64,000 bases of DNA from Nannocystis bainbridge (GTDB taxonomy: Bacteria; Myxococcota_A; Polyangia; Nannocystales; Nannocystaceae), in assembly GCF_028368995.1 (NCBI RefSeq), contig NZ_JAQNDL010000001.1, positions 3,648,001 through 3,712,000 on the forward strand, read 5' to 3'. Below are positions 1 to 10,787 of this stretch, piece by piece; within the stretch, counting starts at the first letter, position 1; every line of letters starts with the position of its first letter. The position numbers and the translations under genes were made by a program. The notes beneath the pieces are model-generated. The model was given only the letters and a program-made list of their open reading frames with translations. It was not told the origin of the DNA and made no database searches.

Positions 1-2626
1 GCGGGCCCTTGCCGAACAAGCTGCCGAGCAGATCGCCGGTCCGCTCACCCTTGCCGAAGGTCATCACCGACATGCCCGCCAGCGGCTGGCCGGTGCGCGA
101 GTCGAGCAGGACGCCGCGCAGCCCGGCCCACGGCTGCAGGTCGAGGACGAGCGCGGCGCGCTCGCCCGGCTTCAGCGCGAGCTCGTGCTCGACGCGGCCG
201 CTGTCGGCGACGGCGATCAGGCTGTACTCGCCGGGGTCGAGGTGGTCGATGCGGTGGCTGCCGGTCGCGCTGTCGACGTTCTCGCGCTCGCTGCGGGTGC
301 CCCCGCCCGGCTTGTGGGAGGTGACGTGCAGCTCCCAGCGCGGCACCGGCTGGCCCCCGGCGCGCGCGGTGACCGTCAGCTCGGCGAGCGAGACCGTCTG
401 CAGGCGCACGTCTGTCCCCGGGGACAGGCCGGTGACCTCGACGCGCGCGCTGCCGCGGAGGGCCTCGGCGCGCAGGGTGTAGGTCCGGCGGGCCAGGCCG
501 GTGAACTCGAAGCGGCCGTCCTCGCCCGACAGCGCCGGCTCGCCGCGCCCCTCGAACCCCGGGAACGCCTGCGACTCGGGCTCCTTCGGCGGCTCGGGCA
601 CGAGCCCGACCTTCTCCCCCGACCGGGCGGCCTCGGGCCGGTGGAATTGGGACTCGCCCGGGTCGCGCTGCTCCGGCGCGGCGGTGACCCATGCGTCGGC
701 CGTCGGCGCGCCGTCGGGCCCGAGCACCACCCCGCGCAGCACCCCGTCGCGCAGCTCGACCACCAGGTCGACGCCGTGCGTGACGACCGCGGCCGAGATG
801 GTCTTTCGAACAGGTTCGTACGACCTGTCCGCAGGGACATCCCAGCGGATCACGTTGCCCCCGCGGTCGAGCACCCGCAGCTCGTACTCGCCGCCCTCGA
901 GGCCGCGCGCGGCGTAGGTGCCGTCCTCGGCGATCGGGTGGCGGTCGCGGCGTTCGCCGTCGAACACCATCGACATGTTGCCCCGCTTCGACGTCACCGG
1001 CATCAGCTGCACGCTGCCGCCCTTGACCGGCGCGCCGCGGGCGTCGACCACCCGGCCGGTGACCGTCGCGCGCGGCTCGAGCGTCACCACCGCCCCGCGC
1101 AGCCCTTCGACGCCGACTTCGACGTCGAGCTGGCCACGGCTGCCATCAGGCGCCTCGGCGATCACCCGCAGCTTGCCCGGCTTGACCGGCCGCAGCGTGA
1201 ACTCCCCGCCGGCGTCGGCGCGGCTGCGGACCAGCACGTTGCCGAGGTTGGCGAGCACGGTCATGAAGCCCGGTTCGTCGTCGGCGAGGGTCAGCGAGAT
1301 CGCGGCCAGCGCCGGCGGCTCGACGCGCCCGCGCAGCTCGACCCCGCGGTCGAGCTCGACCAGCACGCCGGCGATGTCGGCGTCGACCACGGTGACCGTC
1401 GGCCCGCCGAGGATCTCCGGCAGCGCCTGCTCGGCCACCGAGCCGAGCATGTACGTGCCAGGCCGCACTCCGAGCACCTCGAAGTAGCCGTCGACGGCGC
1501 TCGGGCCGGTGGCCGGCCGCAGCGCGAACGGGTCCAGCGCCAGCGCGCCGACCATGACGCCGTCGAGCGCCTTGCGCGGGTCGTCCTTCGGGGCGACAAA
1601 GCCGGAGATCTTGAACGCCCGCTCGACGCGGACCTCGACCCCCGTGAGCGCCTCGCCGATGCCCAGCTCCACCTCCGCCGGCTCGCGCGAGGCGTGCCCG
1701 GACGCCACGGCCGACAGCTTGTGCGCGCCCGAGGCCAGCCCGCCGAGGCGGAACCGGCCGCGCGCGTCGCTGACCGCCGAGCCGCCGCCGAACCCGCCGA
1801 ACTCGCCGACGCTGACGAGCGCGCCCTCGACCGGGGCGTCGCCCGGGTCGGCGCGCACCGTGCCCTCGACCGACGCGGCCGGCACCAGCCGCAGGTCGAC
1901 CGAGCGCGGGCCGCCGGCGACGTCGACGCTCTCGCTGTCGCCGGTGTAGTCGGCGTGCCAGGCGGTGACCTGGTACACGCCATCGTCGACCTGCACCACG
2001 AACCGCCCCTCGCCGTCGCTGACCGCCGGGAACGAGGCGCGGCTGAACTGGATGACGTTGCCCTCGCCCCGGCGATCGACGCTGACGATCGCGCCCTCGA
2101 CCGGGCCGCCGCCGATGTCGCTCACCGTGCCGCGCAGGGCGTGCCCGCCAGCGACCAGCGCGGCGTCGAGGCCGGCGTGGGCGGTACCTGCCTGAAACGA
2201 CAGGTCCTTGCGGACATACGGCAGGTAGCCGTCGGCCGAGGCGCTGAGGATGTAGTGACCGGGCCGCACCAGCGGCACCGACCAATCACCCGAGGCGTCG
2301 GTGCGCGCGGTGATCGGCGCACCGGTATCACCGGACTCGACCGGCGCACCGAGACCTTTCGGCCGCAGCATCACCACCGCGCCGGCGAGGCCCCGCTTGC
2401 TGCGGGCGTCGATCACCCGCCCCGCGGCGGAGCAGGGCGAGACGTCGATCTCACCGCGAGCCCGCGCCGCGGTCCGCTCCTGGGTGATGGCAGCCGCCCG
2501 CGCGGCCCGGTCCACCTTCTCCTCGGGCTTCGCCGGCCCCGCCTCCGGGCGTCCGAGCGCCGCCCACACCGCGATCGCCAGCAACACCAGCGCGACCGCG
2601 ACGCCTCCCAAAAATTTGCGCGACAC
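1..2626 (-). CDS. Large membrane-anchored carboxypeptidase-regulatory-like (CarboxypepD_reg) repeat protein; runs off the left edge
   Basis: Not in the ORF track; translated by hand. Starts VSRKFLGGVAVALVLLAIAVW (TM), then repeated GxVxD.xGxPVxGAxV / DxxGxF beta-sandwich modules. Alternative in-frame ATG at 2671. Confidence 0.8.
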   Translation of the reverse strand, partial: MSRKFLGGVAVALVLLAIAVWAALGRPEAGPAKPEEKVDRAARAAAITQERTAARARGEIDVSPCSAAGRVIDARSKRGLAGAVVMLRPKGLGAPVESGDTGAPITARTDASGDWSVPLVRPGHYILSASADGYLPYVRKDLSFQAGTAHAGLDAALVAGGHALRGTVSDIGGGPVEGAIVSVDRRGEGNVIQFSRASFPAVSDGEGRFVVQVDDGVYQVTAWHADYTGDSESVDVAGGPRSVDLRLVPAASVEGTVRADPGDAPVEGALVSVGEFGGFGGGSAVSDARGRFRLGGLASGAHKLSAVASGHASREPAEVELGIGEALTGVEVRVERAFKISGFVAPKDDPRKALDGVMVGALALDPFALRPATGPSAVDGYFEVLGVRPGTYMLGSVAEQALPEILGGPTVTVVDADIAGVLVELDRGVELRGRVEPPALAAISLTLADDEPGFMTVLANLGNVLVRSRADAGGEFTLRPVKPGKLRVIAEAPDGSRGQLDVEVGVEGLRGAVVTLEPRATVTGRVVDARGAPVKGGSVQLMPVTSKRGNMSMVFDGERRDRHPIAEDGTYAARGLEGGEYELRVLDRGGNVIRWDVPADRSYEPVRKTISAAVVTHGVDLVVELRDGVLRGVVLGPDGAPTADAWVTAAPEQRDPGESQFHRPEAARSGEKVGLVPEPPKEPESQAFPGFEGRGEPALSGEDGRFEFTGLARRTYTLRAEALRGSARVEVTGLSPGTDVRLQTVSLAELTVTARAGGQPVPRWELHVTSHKPGGGTRSERENVDSATGSHRIDHLDPGEYSLIAVADSGRVEHELALKPGERAALVLDLQPWAGLRGVLLDSRTGQPLAGMSVMTFGKGERTGDLLGSLFGKGP

Positions 2627-2670
2627 CGGCCCAGTCTCGACCAGCCGACGCGCGAGCGCAAGCCTCAGCA

Positions 2671-2698
2671 TGTCCCTCAGGACATGCTCTTCGGGACA
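2671..2698. repeat. TGTC-N6-GACA palindrome array (2 units)
   Basis: tgtc-cctcag-gaca-tgct-cttcgg-gaca. Confidence 0.7.
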
Positions 2699-2803
2699 CC
2701 CTCAGGATTCACCGCGGTGACGATCACGGACCCGACGCCGCTGGCAACTCGACTTCGCCATCGCGCGTCTGGCACGACGCTGCGCGACTGCCGGCACGCG
2801 CTC

Positions 2804-3652
2804 TCAGCTCGCGCGCCGGACCGGCGGGCGGTCCGGCGGGTGCGCCAGCAGCAGCTCGCGCAGGCGGGCCGCGGCGGGTGGCAGGCGGTCGATGCCGCGG
2901 TGGACCAGGTGGAGCGGGCGGGCGATCGGGGTCCGCGGGTCGGGCACCTCGACGAGGCGGCCCTGCGCCAGGTCGTTGCGGGCGGCGGCGCGGCTGATGA
3001 GCGCGACGCCGATGCCCGCGCGCACGTTGCCCTTGACCGAGGCGATGCTGCCGAGCTCCATCACGACGTCGGCCGCGGGGAAGTGGCGCTCGAGCAGCTC
3101 GCGCGAGGTGGTGCCGCGGGCGAAGGTCACGAACGGCGCGTGGGTCGGATCGGGCAGCTCGGGCGCAGCGACCACGATCATCTCGTCGACGCACCACGGC
3201 TCACCGCGATCGGTGGTGACCACGCCGAGGTCGAGGTCACCGCGGTGCAGGGCGTCGAGCACCTCGTCGGTGTTGGCCTCGCGCAGCAAGAAGCGCACGC
3301 CCGGGTGCTCGGCGCGGAAGGCCGCCAGCGTCGGCGGCAGCAGGTACGTGCACGCCGTCGCCCCCGCGCCGACCCGCACCTCGCCCGCGTGAAGGCCCTC
3401 GATCTCCGCCACCGCGCGGCGGGCGTCGTCGAGCGCCGCCAGCACCGCCCGCGCTCGGGTCACCAGCGCCGCGCCCGCGGCCGTCGGCGTCGCCCCGCCC
3501 GGTCCGCGGTCGAGCAGCCGGGCCGCGAAGGCGCCCTCGAGCCGGTGGATCGAGGCAGTGAGCGCCGGCTGCGACAGATGCGCTCGGCGCGCGGCCTCGG
3601 TGAAGGTGCCGAGCTCGACGATGTGCAGGAAATGGCGCAGCTCGTCGATCAT
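2804..3652 (-). CDS. LysR-family transcriptional regulator
   Basis: N-terminal HTH (LRHFLHIVELGTFTEAARRAHLSQPALTASIHRLE) plus substrate-binding domain; divergent from a TauE-like gene. Confidence 0.93.
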   Translation of the reverse strand: MIDELRHFLHIVELGTFTEAARRAHLSQPALTASIHRLEGAFAARLLDRGPGGATPTAAGAALVTRARAVLAALDDARRAVAEIEGLHAGEVRVGAGATACTYLLPPTLAAFRAEHPGVRFLLREANTDEVLDALHRGDLDLGVVTTDRGEPWCVDEMIVVAAPELPDPTHAPFVTFARGTTSRELLERHFPAADVVMELGSIASVKGNVRAGIGVALISRAAARNDLAQGRLVEVPDPRTPIARPLHLVHRGIDRLPPAAARLRELLLAHPPDRPPVRRAS

Positions 3653-3735
3653 CAGGAGTTTTTATAGCAGCCTTCCGAAGAATCGATTGGGCGAATGGTG
3701 GTCCCGACACTACACCAGGCCCAGGAGGTCGCTGC

Positions 3736-4452
3736 TTGGAGATTGGACTGCTGCTGGTGCTGGGAGGGGTCGCGGGCTGGCTGACGACCGTGGCCGGGCT
3801 CGGCGGCGGGGTGTTCCTCATCCTGGCCCTGTCGCTGCGCATGAGCCCAGCCGAGGCGCTGGCGCTGTCGTCGCCGGCGCTGCTGGTCGGCAACCTGCAC
3901 CGCTGGGCCGTCGGCCGCGACGATGTCGACCGCCGGATCGCCGTCCCGTTCGCGCTCGGCGCCCTGCCTGGCAGCGCGCTCGGCGGGCTGGTGGTGGTCG
4001 CCATGCCGACGGCCGTGCTGCAGCTGCTGCTGGTGCTGACCAGCGCGCTGGCGCTGGCGCGGGCGGTCGGGTGGTGGCTGCCGCGGCCCCCGCCCGCGGC
4101 GGCGCTGGTGCCCGCGGGCGCGGCGATCGGGGCGATGGCGGCGACGACGGGCAGCGCGGGCCTGGCCCTCGGGGCGATCTTGCAGTCGGCCGGGCTGACG
4201 GGCGCGACCTACGTGGCGACCGCGGCGGCGACGGCGACGGCGATGCACGTCGGCCGCCTCGCGGCTTACGGCTTCGGCGGCCTGGTGACCGGCGAGACGC
4301 TCGTGCGCGCGGCCGTGCTGGCGCTGGCGATCCTGGCCGGCAACCTGGCCGGCAGCCGCTTCCGCCGCGGCCTGTCGGCCCGCACCGGCGCCCGCATCGA
4401 GCTCGGGGTGCTGTTCGCCTGCGTGGTCCTGGCGCTGGTCGGCATGGCGTGA
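3736..4452 (+). CDS. Sulfite exporter TauE/SafE-family membrane protein
   Basis: Multi-TM protein with AGLGGG motif; 238 aa; TTG start uncertain. Confidence 0.78.
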   Translation: MEIGLLLVLGGVAGWLTTVAGLGGGVFLILALSLRMSPAEALALSSPALLVGNLHRWAVGRDDVDRRIAVPFALGALPGSALGGLVVVAMPTAVLQLLLVLTSALALARAVGWWLPRPPPAAALVPAGAAIGAMAATTGSAGLALGAILQSAGLTGATYVATAAATATAMHVGRLAAYGFGGLVTGETLVRAAVLALAILAGNLAGSRFRRGLSARTGARIELGVLFACVVLALVGMA

Positions 4453-4465
4453 GACCTGTTCATGA

Positions 4466-4535
4466 TGCCCCTTCGGACATGCCCCTTGTGACATGTCTTT
4501 TAAAACATGCCTGAAAGGGCATATTTTTTAGGGAT
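4466..4535. repeat. 14-bp-phased palindrome array (4-5 degenerate units) between convergent genes
   Basis: tgcc-ccttcg-gaca / tgcc-ccttgt-gaca / tgtc-ttttaa-aaca / tgcc-tgaaag-ggca. Confidence 0.8.
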
Positions 4536-5445
4536 ATCGCAGCGGCCCGTCGCCGCGCTCGCGCGCGCGCAGGAACAGGCGGGCCAGCTCGGGGTGGCGC
4601 TGAAATTCGTCGCTGGCCGTGCGGCCGCGGTGGGCGCCGTGAAAGCCGCGGGTCTGCGTCTCGATCCGGAACGCCGGGCGAGCCGGGCGCAGCACCTGGC
4701 CGCTGTCGACCCCGAGGCTGACGATCGCCCGCGGCCGCCCGACAGTCAGCACCTCGGCCAGCACGCGCTGAAAGTTGGCAGCGGTGGTGTCGGTGTCGAA
4801 GTAACGGCCGGTCAGCGCCTCGGCGGCGGTGGCCGCCAGCGGCAGCACCGCGCTCGCCAGCGTCAGGCGGCGGCCGTTTCCGGCGTAGCGGTGCAGCGTG
4901 ACGGCGCCGAGCGACTCGCGCTCGCCCGGCACCAGGCCCGCGCTCGCCAGCCGGACCGTGACGTCGAGGCAGTCGGCCCCGTCGACGAACGCCGCCGTGG
5001 GGTTGTCGGCGACCCCGGCGAACGGGCCGAAGCCGGTGAGCACGAGCATCGCATCGCCTGTCCCTGAGGACAGCTCGCGCACCGCGGTGGCGATCACCCG
5101 CGCGCACTGCTGCAGGTTGTCGGCCCGCGGCAGCAGATGCCCCGCGGCGGCCGCCGAGGCGCCGGTGCAGCGGTCGGGCGGGACGTGGATGAAGCCGGTG
5201 AGCACGCCGGCGAGCCGCGAGTCGCCGGCCAGCGCGATCAGGTTGGCGAGCTGATCGGCGCAATAAAAGCTGCCGGGGTCGACACCGAGCTGCACGTCGG
5301 CCTCGGCGCCGGCGTCGGCGACGGCGATCGCCCGCAGCAGGTCGCGCTGGCCGACGTAGCGGTCGCCGCTGCGGATCGCGTGGTCGGCGACGCCCGCGGC
5401 CGCCTGCGGGGCGTAGTCACGGCCGTAGGCCTCGAGCGCGTCCAT
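4528..5445 (-). CDS. Circularly permuted pyroglutamyl-peptidase I (peptidase C15)-like protein
   Basis: DPGSFYC (Cys) and GFIHVP (His) motifs precede LTGFGPF...NPT, PRAIVSLG and FRIE (Glu), the reverse of canonical Pcp order. Confidence 0.75.
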   Translation of the reverse strand: MDALEAYGRDYAPQAAAGVADHAIRSGDRYVGQRDLLRAIAVADAGAEADVQLGVDPGSFYCADQLANLIALAGDSRLAGVLTGFIHVPPDRCTGASAAAAGHLLPRADNLQQCARVIATAVRELSSGTGDAMLVLTGFGPFAGVADNPTAAFVDGADCLDVTVRLASAGLVPGERESLGAVTLHRYAGNGRRLTLASAVLPLAATAAEALTGRYFDTDTTAANFQRVLAEVLTVGRPRAIVSLGVDSGQVLRPARPAFRIETQTRGFHGAHRGRTASDEFQRHPELARLFLRARERGDGPLRYP

Positions 5446-5475
5446 GCCGACGCCGAGGCTAGCACGCGCGCCGCT

Positions 5476-6162
5476 TCAGCGGGTCTGGAAGTAGAAGCGG
5501 TAGTTGGCGTTGTCGTGCAGCATCGCGCAGCTGTCGGTGTCGCTGTTGCTCGGGGTGCCGACGAGGGTCAGCTCGCGGATCGAGTTGAAGCCGAACTGGT
5601 AGCTGTTGTTGGCCCGGTTGAAGGCGCCCTGGTAGAGCTGGGTGTTGCTGCCGAGCTTGAAGGCGTAGAAGCGGTAATCGACGCCGTCGTGAAGCATGGA
5701 CCAGCGCGACCAGTCGGTGTCGCCGGGGAACTCGATCACGGGCAGCTGCGGCGTCGAGTTGTGACCGAAGCGGTAGACGTTGGTGCCGCGGACCCACGCG
5801 CCCTGGTAGAGCGTCTGCGAGTGGCCGAGCCGCCGCATGTAGAGCCGGTAGTCGGCGCCGTCGAACAGCATCGAGAAGCTGCTGGCGTCGACGTCGGCCG
5901 GGAAGCCTTCGAGCCGCAGCTCGGGGATCGAGTTGTGGCCGAAGGCGTAGCTGGCCCCGTTGAAGCTGAACTGGTAGATCGCGTCGCGGCTGCTGCCCTT
6001 GAAGCAGTAGAGGCGGAAGGCCGCGTCGTCGTGGAGCATCGACCAGCGGGCCAGGTTGGCGTCGGCCGGCGCGCCGGTGATCGGGATGTTGGGGATCGAG
6101 TTGTGACCGAATCGATAATGGTCAGTGCCCGCGACGTACGCAAATTGGTTGAGGGACGGCAT
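5476..6162 (-). CDS. Hypothetical protein of four ~57-aa tandem repeats (probable beta-propeller or lectin-like)
   Basis: Repeat LYQ.....Y.FGHNSIP.L...G.P.D.D...SMLHDG.DYR(L/F)Y x4; gaaaggaa RBS upstream of ATG 6162. Confidence 0.8.
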   Translation of the reverse strand: MPSLNQFAYVAGTDHYRFGHNSIPNIPITGAPADANLARWSMLHDDAAFRLYCFKGSSRDAIYQFSFNGASYAFGHNSIPELRLEGFPADVDASSFSMLFDGADYRLYMRRLGHSQTLYQGAWVRGTNVYRFGHNSTPQLPVIEFPGDTDWSRWSMLHDGVDYRFYAFKLGSNTQLYQGAFNRANNSYQFGFNSIRELTLVGTPSNSDTDSCAMLHDNANYRFYFQTR

Positions 6163-6505
6163 CGAATGGTTCCTTTCACGCCGCGCCAATGCGGCGACCC
6201 GGATGCTTTCAAACGCCGCCGCGTGGTTCAACGGGAGTTATCGCCCGCGGCGCCGCGACACGCCATTGATGCGGACTACTAGCATTGTCGAGGAGACGCG
6301 GTACGAACGGCGAATGCGACGACCGTGCGCGCCGCCGAAACGGCGTGACCCGGGACCGCGCGCCTGGGGTCGCGGCGTGAGCGAGCGACGTTCACCCGCG
6401 ACCGCCGGCAAGCCGTGCGCTGCGGCCAGCATGCCCCGCATCCCCTTTCGCGCGGGCTCGCCAGGGGCTCGCGCGCGACGGGCCGGAGCGCTACCATCGC
6501 CGGCC

Positions 6506-7525
6506 GTGAGCCTCGACCGCGCCGACGCGTACATGGACAACGTCGCCCACGTGACGACCTGGGAGGAGGCCGCGGCGCACATGGCGTTGTTCCTGCTGTG
6601 GGCGTCCGACCAGGGGCTCGCGCGCGCGCCGGTCGCCGCGGACCTGCGACGGCTGCCCTTCGCGGAGTTCCTGGCCGCGTTCGTGGCGACGCACCCGCTC
6701 AAGTTCACCGACGATCTCGTCAGCGAGGGCCAGCGCTTCGCCGCCGAACACTATGAGGCGTTCGCTTCGGAGTTCGCGCCGCCGAACCGGGCGCACAGCG
6801 TCCTGCACGCCGGCGAGGCCGGGTGGACCGCGGCGCACACGTGGCTGGACGAGGCCCTGGCGGTGTTCCGGCGCGCGCGCGGCGAGCCGCCCGGGCCGCC
6901 GCAGCACGACCTCGCCCACGCGGTGGGCGAGCTGCTGGCGCGCTGCGGCGAGCCGCACGACGAGGCGACGCTGACGCCGGTGATCGCCAGGCTCTCGCCC
7001 GCGGTGCGAGCCGCGCTCGAGGCCCCGCTCGCGCGCGAGTGGCTGCGCTTCACGGTGGCCCGCGACAAACCGGCGCAAGCGGGCCCCGGGGTGATGCTGG
7101 TGCGACCGACGCCGTCGGTCGAATACACGAACTACGGCGCGCCCCGCCTGGCGATCCGCGACGGCCGGGCGTTCGCCGGCGAGGCCGACGTGACCGCGGC
7201 GCTCGACATCCACGATCGCCTCGAGCTGTTCGGCGACGAGGCCTGCGTCGAGTGGCTGCTGGCGCACGTCGACACCGGGCCCGACGGCCTGCCGCGCAGC
7301 GCGTGGCGTTCGCTCGCGCGAGCGTGCCTGTTCGTCCGCCTGCGCGAGGCCGAACTCGAGAGCCCGCATCCGATCGGCAGCGTGCTGACGCGCGAAGATT
7401 TCCAGGCCCGGGTGGCGGCGCGCCTCGGCAGCGGCGAGCGCCCGCCGGTCGGTCAGTTCGCCTACGTCCCGCCGCGCCTGGCCGGCGCCTACCTGCGCCC
7501 GTGGGCCGAGCGAGTCGCCGGCTGA
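6506..7525 (+). CDS. Hypothetical protein
   Basis: Globular-looking ORF with host codon bias; N-terminal DRADAY...EEAAAHMALFLLWA segment; GTG start estimated. Confidence 0.65.
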   Translation: MSLDRADAYMDNVAHVTTWEEAAAHMALFLLWASDQGLARAPVAADLRRLPFAEFLAAFVATHPLKFTDDLVSEGQRFAAEHYEAFASEFAPPNRAHSVLHAGEAGWTAAHTWLDEALAVFRRARGEPPGPPQHDLAHAVGELLARCGEPHDEATLTPVIARLSPAVRAALEAPLAREWLRFTVARDKPAQAGPGVMLVRPTPSVEYTNYGAPRLAIRDGRAFAGEADVTAALDIHDRLELFGDEACVEWLLAHVDTGPDGLPRSAWRSLARACLFVRLREAELESPHPIGSVLTREDFQARVAARLGSGERPPVGQFAYVPPRLAGAYLRPWAERVAG

Positions 7526-7595
7526 GGCCGCGCGGTCGCTGACGTCGAGCGAGACACCGCCCACAAATGGGCCGCGTCGATCCGCGATCCTCGCA

Positions 7596-8953
<1,358 letters not shown>

Positions 8954-8957
<4 letters not shown>

Positions 8958-9880
8958 GCGGCCTCCGGCAGGCGCACGCAGAAGCAGGCGCCGCGCCCGT
9001 CGGGGCCGAGGCCGCCGCCGGGGACCAGCTCGAGCGCGCCGCCGTGGGCCTCGGCGATGCGCGCGGCGGTGGCGAGGCCGAGGCCGGTGCCGGTCTTCTT
9101 GGTGGTGAAGAACGGCTCGAACAGCCGCGCCGCGTGCTCGGGCGCGACGCCGGGGCCGTCGTCGCGCACCAGCAGCTCGACCGTCGGCCCGCGCCGGCGC
9201 ACCCGCAGCTCGATGCGCCCGTCGTCGCCGATCGCCTGGGCGGCGTTCAGCGCCAGGCCGTAGACCAACTGCGCCAGCAGGTCGGGGTCGCCGCGCAGCG
9301 CCGGCCCGTCGCCCTCGGCGGCGTCGAGCCGGCCGCGCTTCGGCCGCAAGGCGTCGCGCACCAGCGGCTCGACCGCGGTCACCAGCCCCGCGAGCTCGAC
9401 CTCCTCGCGCCGCGGCGCCAGCGGCCGCGCGTAGTCGAGCAGCGCGGTGACGACGGCGTTGAGACGATCGACCTCCTCGACGATGAAGCGCGCGGCCTGA
9501 TGATTATCTGTCCCCGGGGACATGTCCTCGAGGACAAGCGAGGCCGACGAGCGGATCACCCCGAGCGGGTTGCGGACCTCGTGGGCGACGCCGGCGGCGA
9601 GGCGACCGATCGCCGCCAGCTTCTCGCTGTGGGCCGCGCGCCGGTGGCTGGCCGCGAGCGCGGCGGCGCTGGCCCGCAGCCGGTCACGGGCGTCGAGCAG
9701 CAGGCCGATCGCGTAGCCGAAGCCGGCGAAGGTGAGGGCGAAGAAGCCGACCACCACCGGCGAGACTTCGACGCCGGCGAGCCCCAGCAGCAGGAAATCG
9801 AACAGGCCGGCCGCGAACCCGAGGGCGGCGCCGAACCAGGCGCGGCGCGTGGAAGGTGGCGAGGGCGGCGCTGGGGTCAC
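8954..9880 (-). CDS. Sensor histidine kinase with two TM helices and no extracytoplasmic domain
   Basis: H-box AHEVRNPL, N-box NAAQA, DDGPG, FFTTK, GTGLGL; ATGA overlap with the regulator; start estimated. Confidence 0.9.
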
Positions 9881-10278
9881 GGGGTCGTCTCCGGCCGGGG
9901 CGAGCGCGAGGGCGCGGAGACGACTATAGGCGAGGCGTGGTCGCGGGGTCACGCGCCTCGCAGAGCACGCGCCGTGCCAGCGGCGCAGACGCGCAGCGCC
10001 TGATGGGCTCGATCCTCGCCAGCGGACCGCCCGCAGACCCGCATCACCTCGCGGGCGATGTCCCCGGCCTCGCCGACGCCGCTGCCTCGCAGGCGCTCGC
10101 GGCCCGGAATCGTCGCCGCGTCGAACCTCGCGCCGCGCCGCCGAGGATGCACCGCCGCAACGCGTGTTGCAGGCCCGCAACATCGATCGCGCCACGCCGG
10201 CCCCGAAGCCCCGCCGCGGCCCCGATCGGCCGCTGGCACGCGAGTTGCTCAAGCACGGGCAGCAAAGGAAATCATCGC

Positions 10279-10578
10279 ATGAATACCCGCCAGATCGTCC
10301 TCGCCCTCGTCGCCCTCGACTTCCTCGCCATGACCGTCTACGTGGTCGCCAACCACGGCTATGTCGGCATGTTCGCCGACCTGCTTTCGACCTGGCCCGG
10401 CATCCTCACCGCCTTCGACCTGACCATCGCCCTGGTCATGATCGCCGGCTGGATGCTCGTCGACGCCCGCAAGCACGGCCTCACGGTCGCGCCCTACCTC
10501 GTCGCCACGCTGGCGTTCGGCTCGCTCGGCCCCCTGGCCTACCTGCTCCGCCGCGAGTCGGCGCTCAAGACCCACTGA
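10279..10578 (+). CDS. Small 3-TM membrane protein (DUF2834-like)
   Basis: MNTRQIVLALV...DARKHG...FGSLGPLAYLLRR; aaggaa RBS. Confidence 0.75.
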   Translation: MNTRQIVLALVALDFLAMTVYVVANHGYVGMFADLLSTWPGILTAFDLTIALVMIAGWMLVDARKHGLTVAPYLVATLAFGSLGPLAYLLRRESALKTH

Positions 10579-10597
10579 AGCGCCAGGTGGAGCGGAA

Positions 10598-10780
10598 AAC
10601 ATGTCCCGCGGGACAGGCCCGCGGGAGCCGCGAACTCCGCGCAGATCGCGGCTCGCCTAACATGTCCCCCGGGACAGCTAGGGCGAGCCGCGACCTCCCG
10701 GCATCGACCTGTTCTTCGCTACATCTCATCCGTCAGCCGCCAGAATCTATGGTCTTTCGAACATGTCTGTTAAGACATGC
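10598..10780. repeat. Three TGTC-N6-GACA sites; the first two lie in a ~61-bp-period direct repeat
   Basis: Sites at 10602, 10663 and 10764; aacatgtccc..gggacag...gagccgcga repeated. Confidence 0.75.
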
Positions 10781-10787
10781 ACGAAAA

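Noticed and set aside
185-3667. 1160-aa plus-strand ORF, and similar long ORFs at 25094-31135, 33911-37297, 42427-44661, 50430-52940 and 56932-62460
   Set aside because: Mostly antisense or off-frame shadows of recognisable genes, typical of high-GC DNA; no motifs of their own
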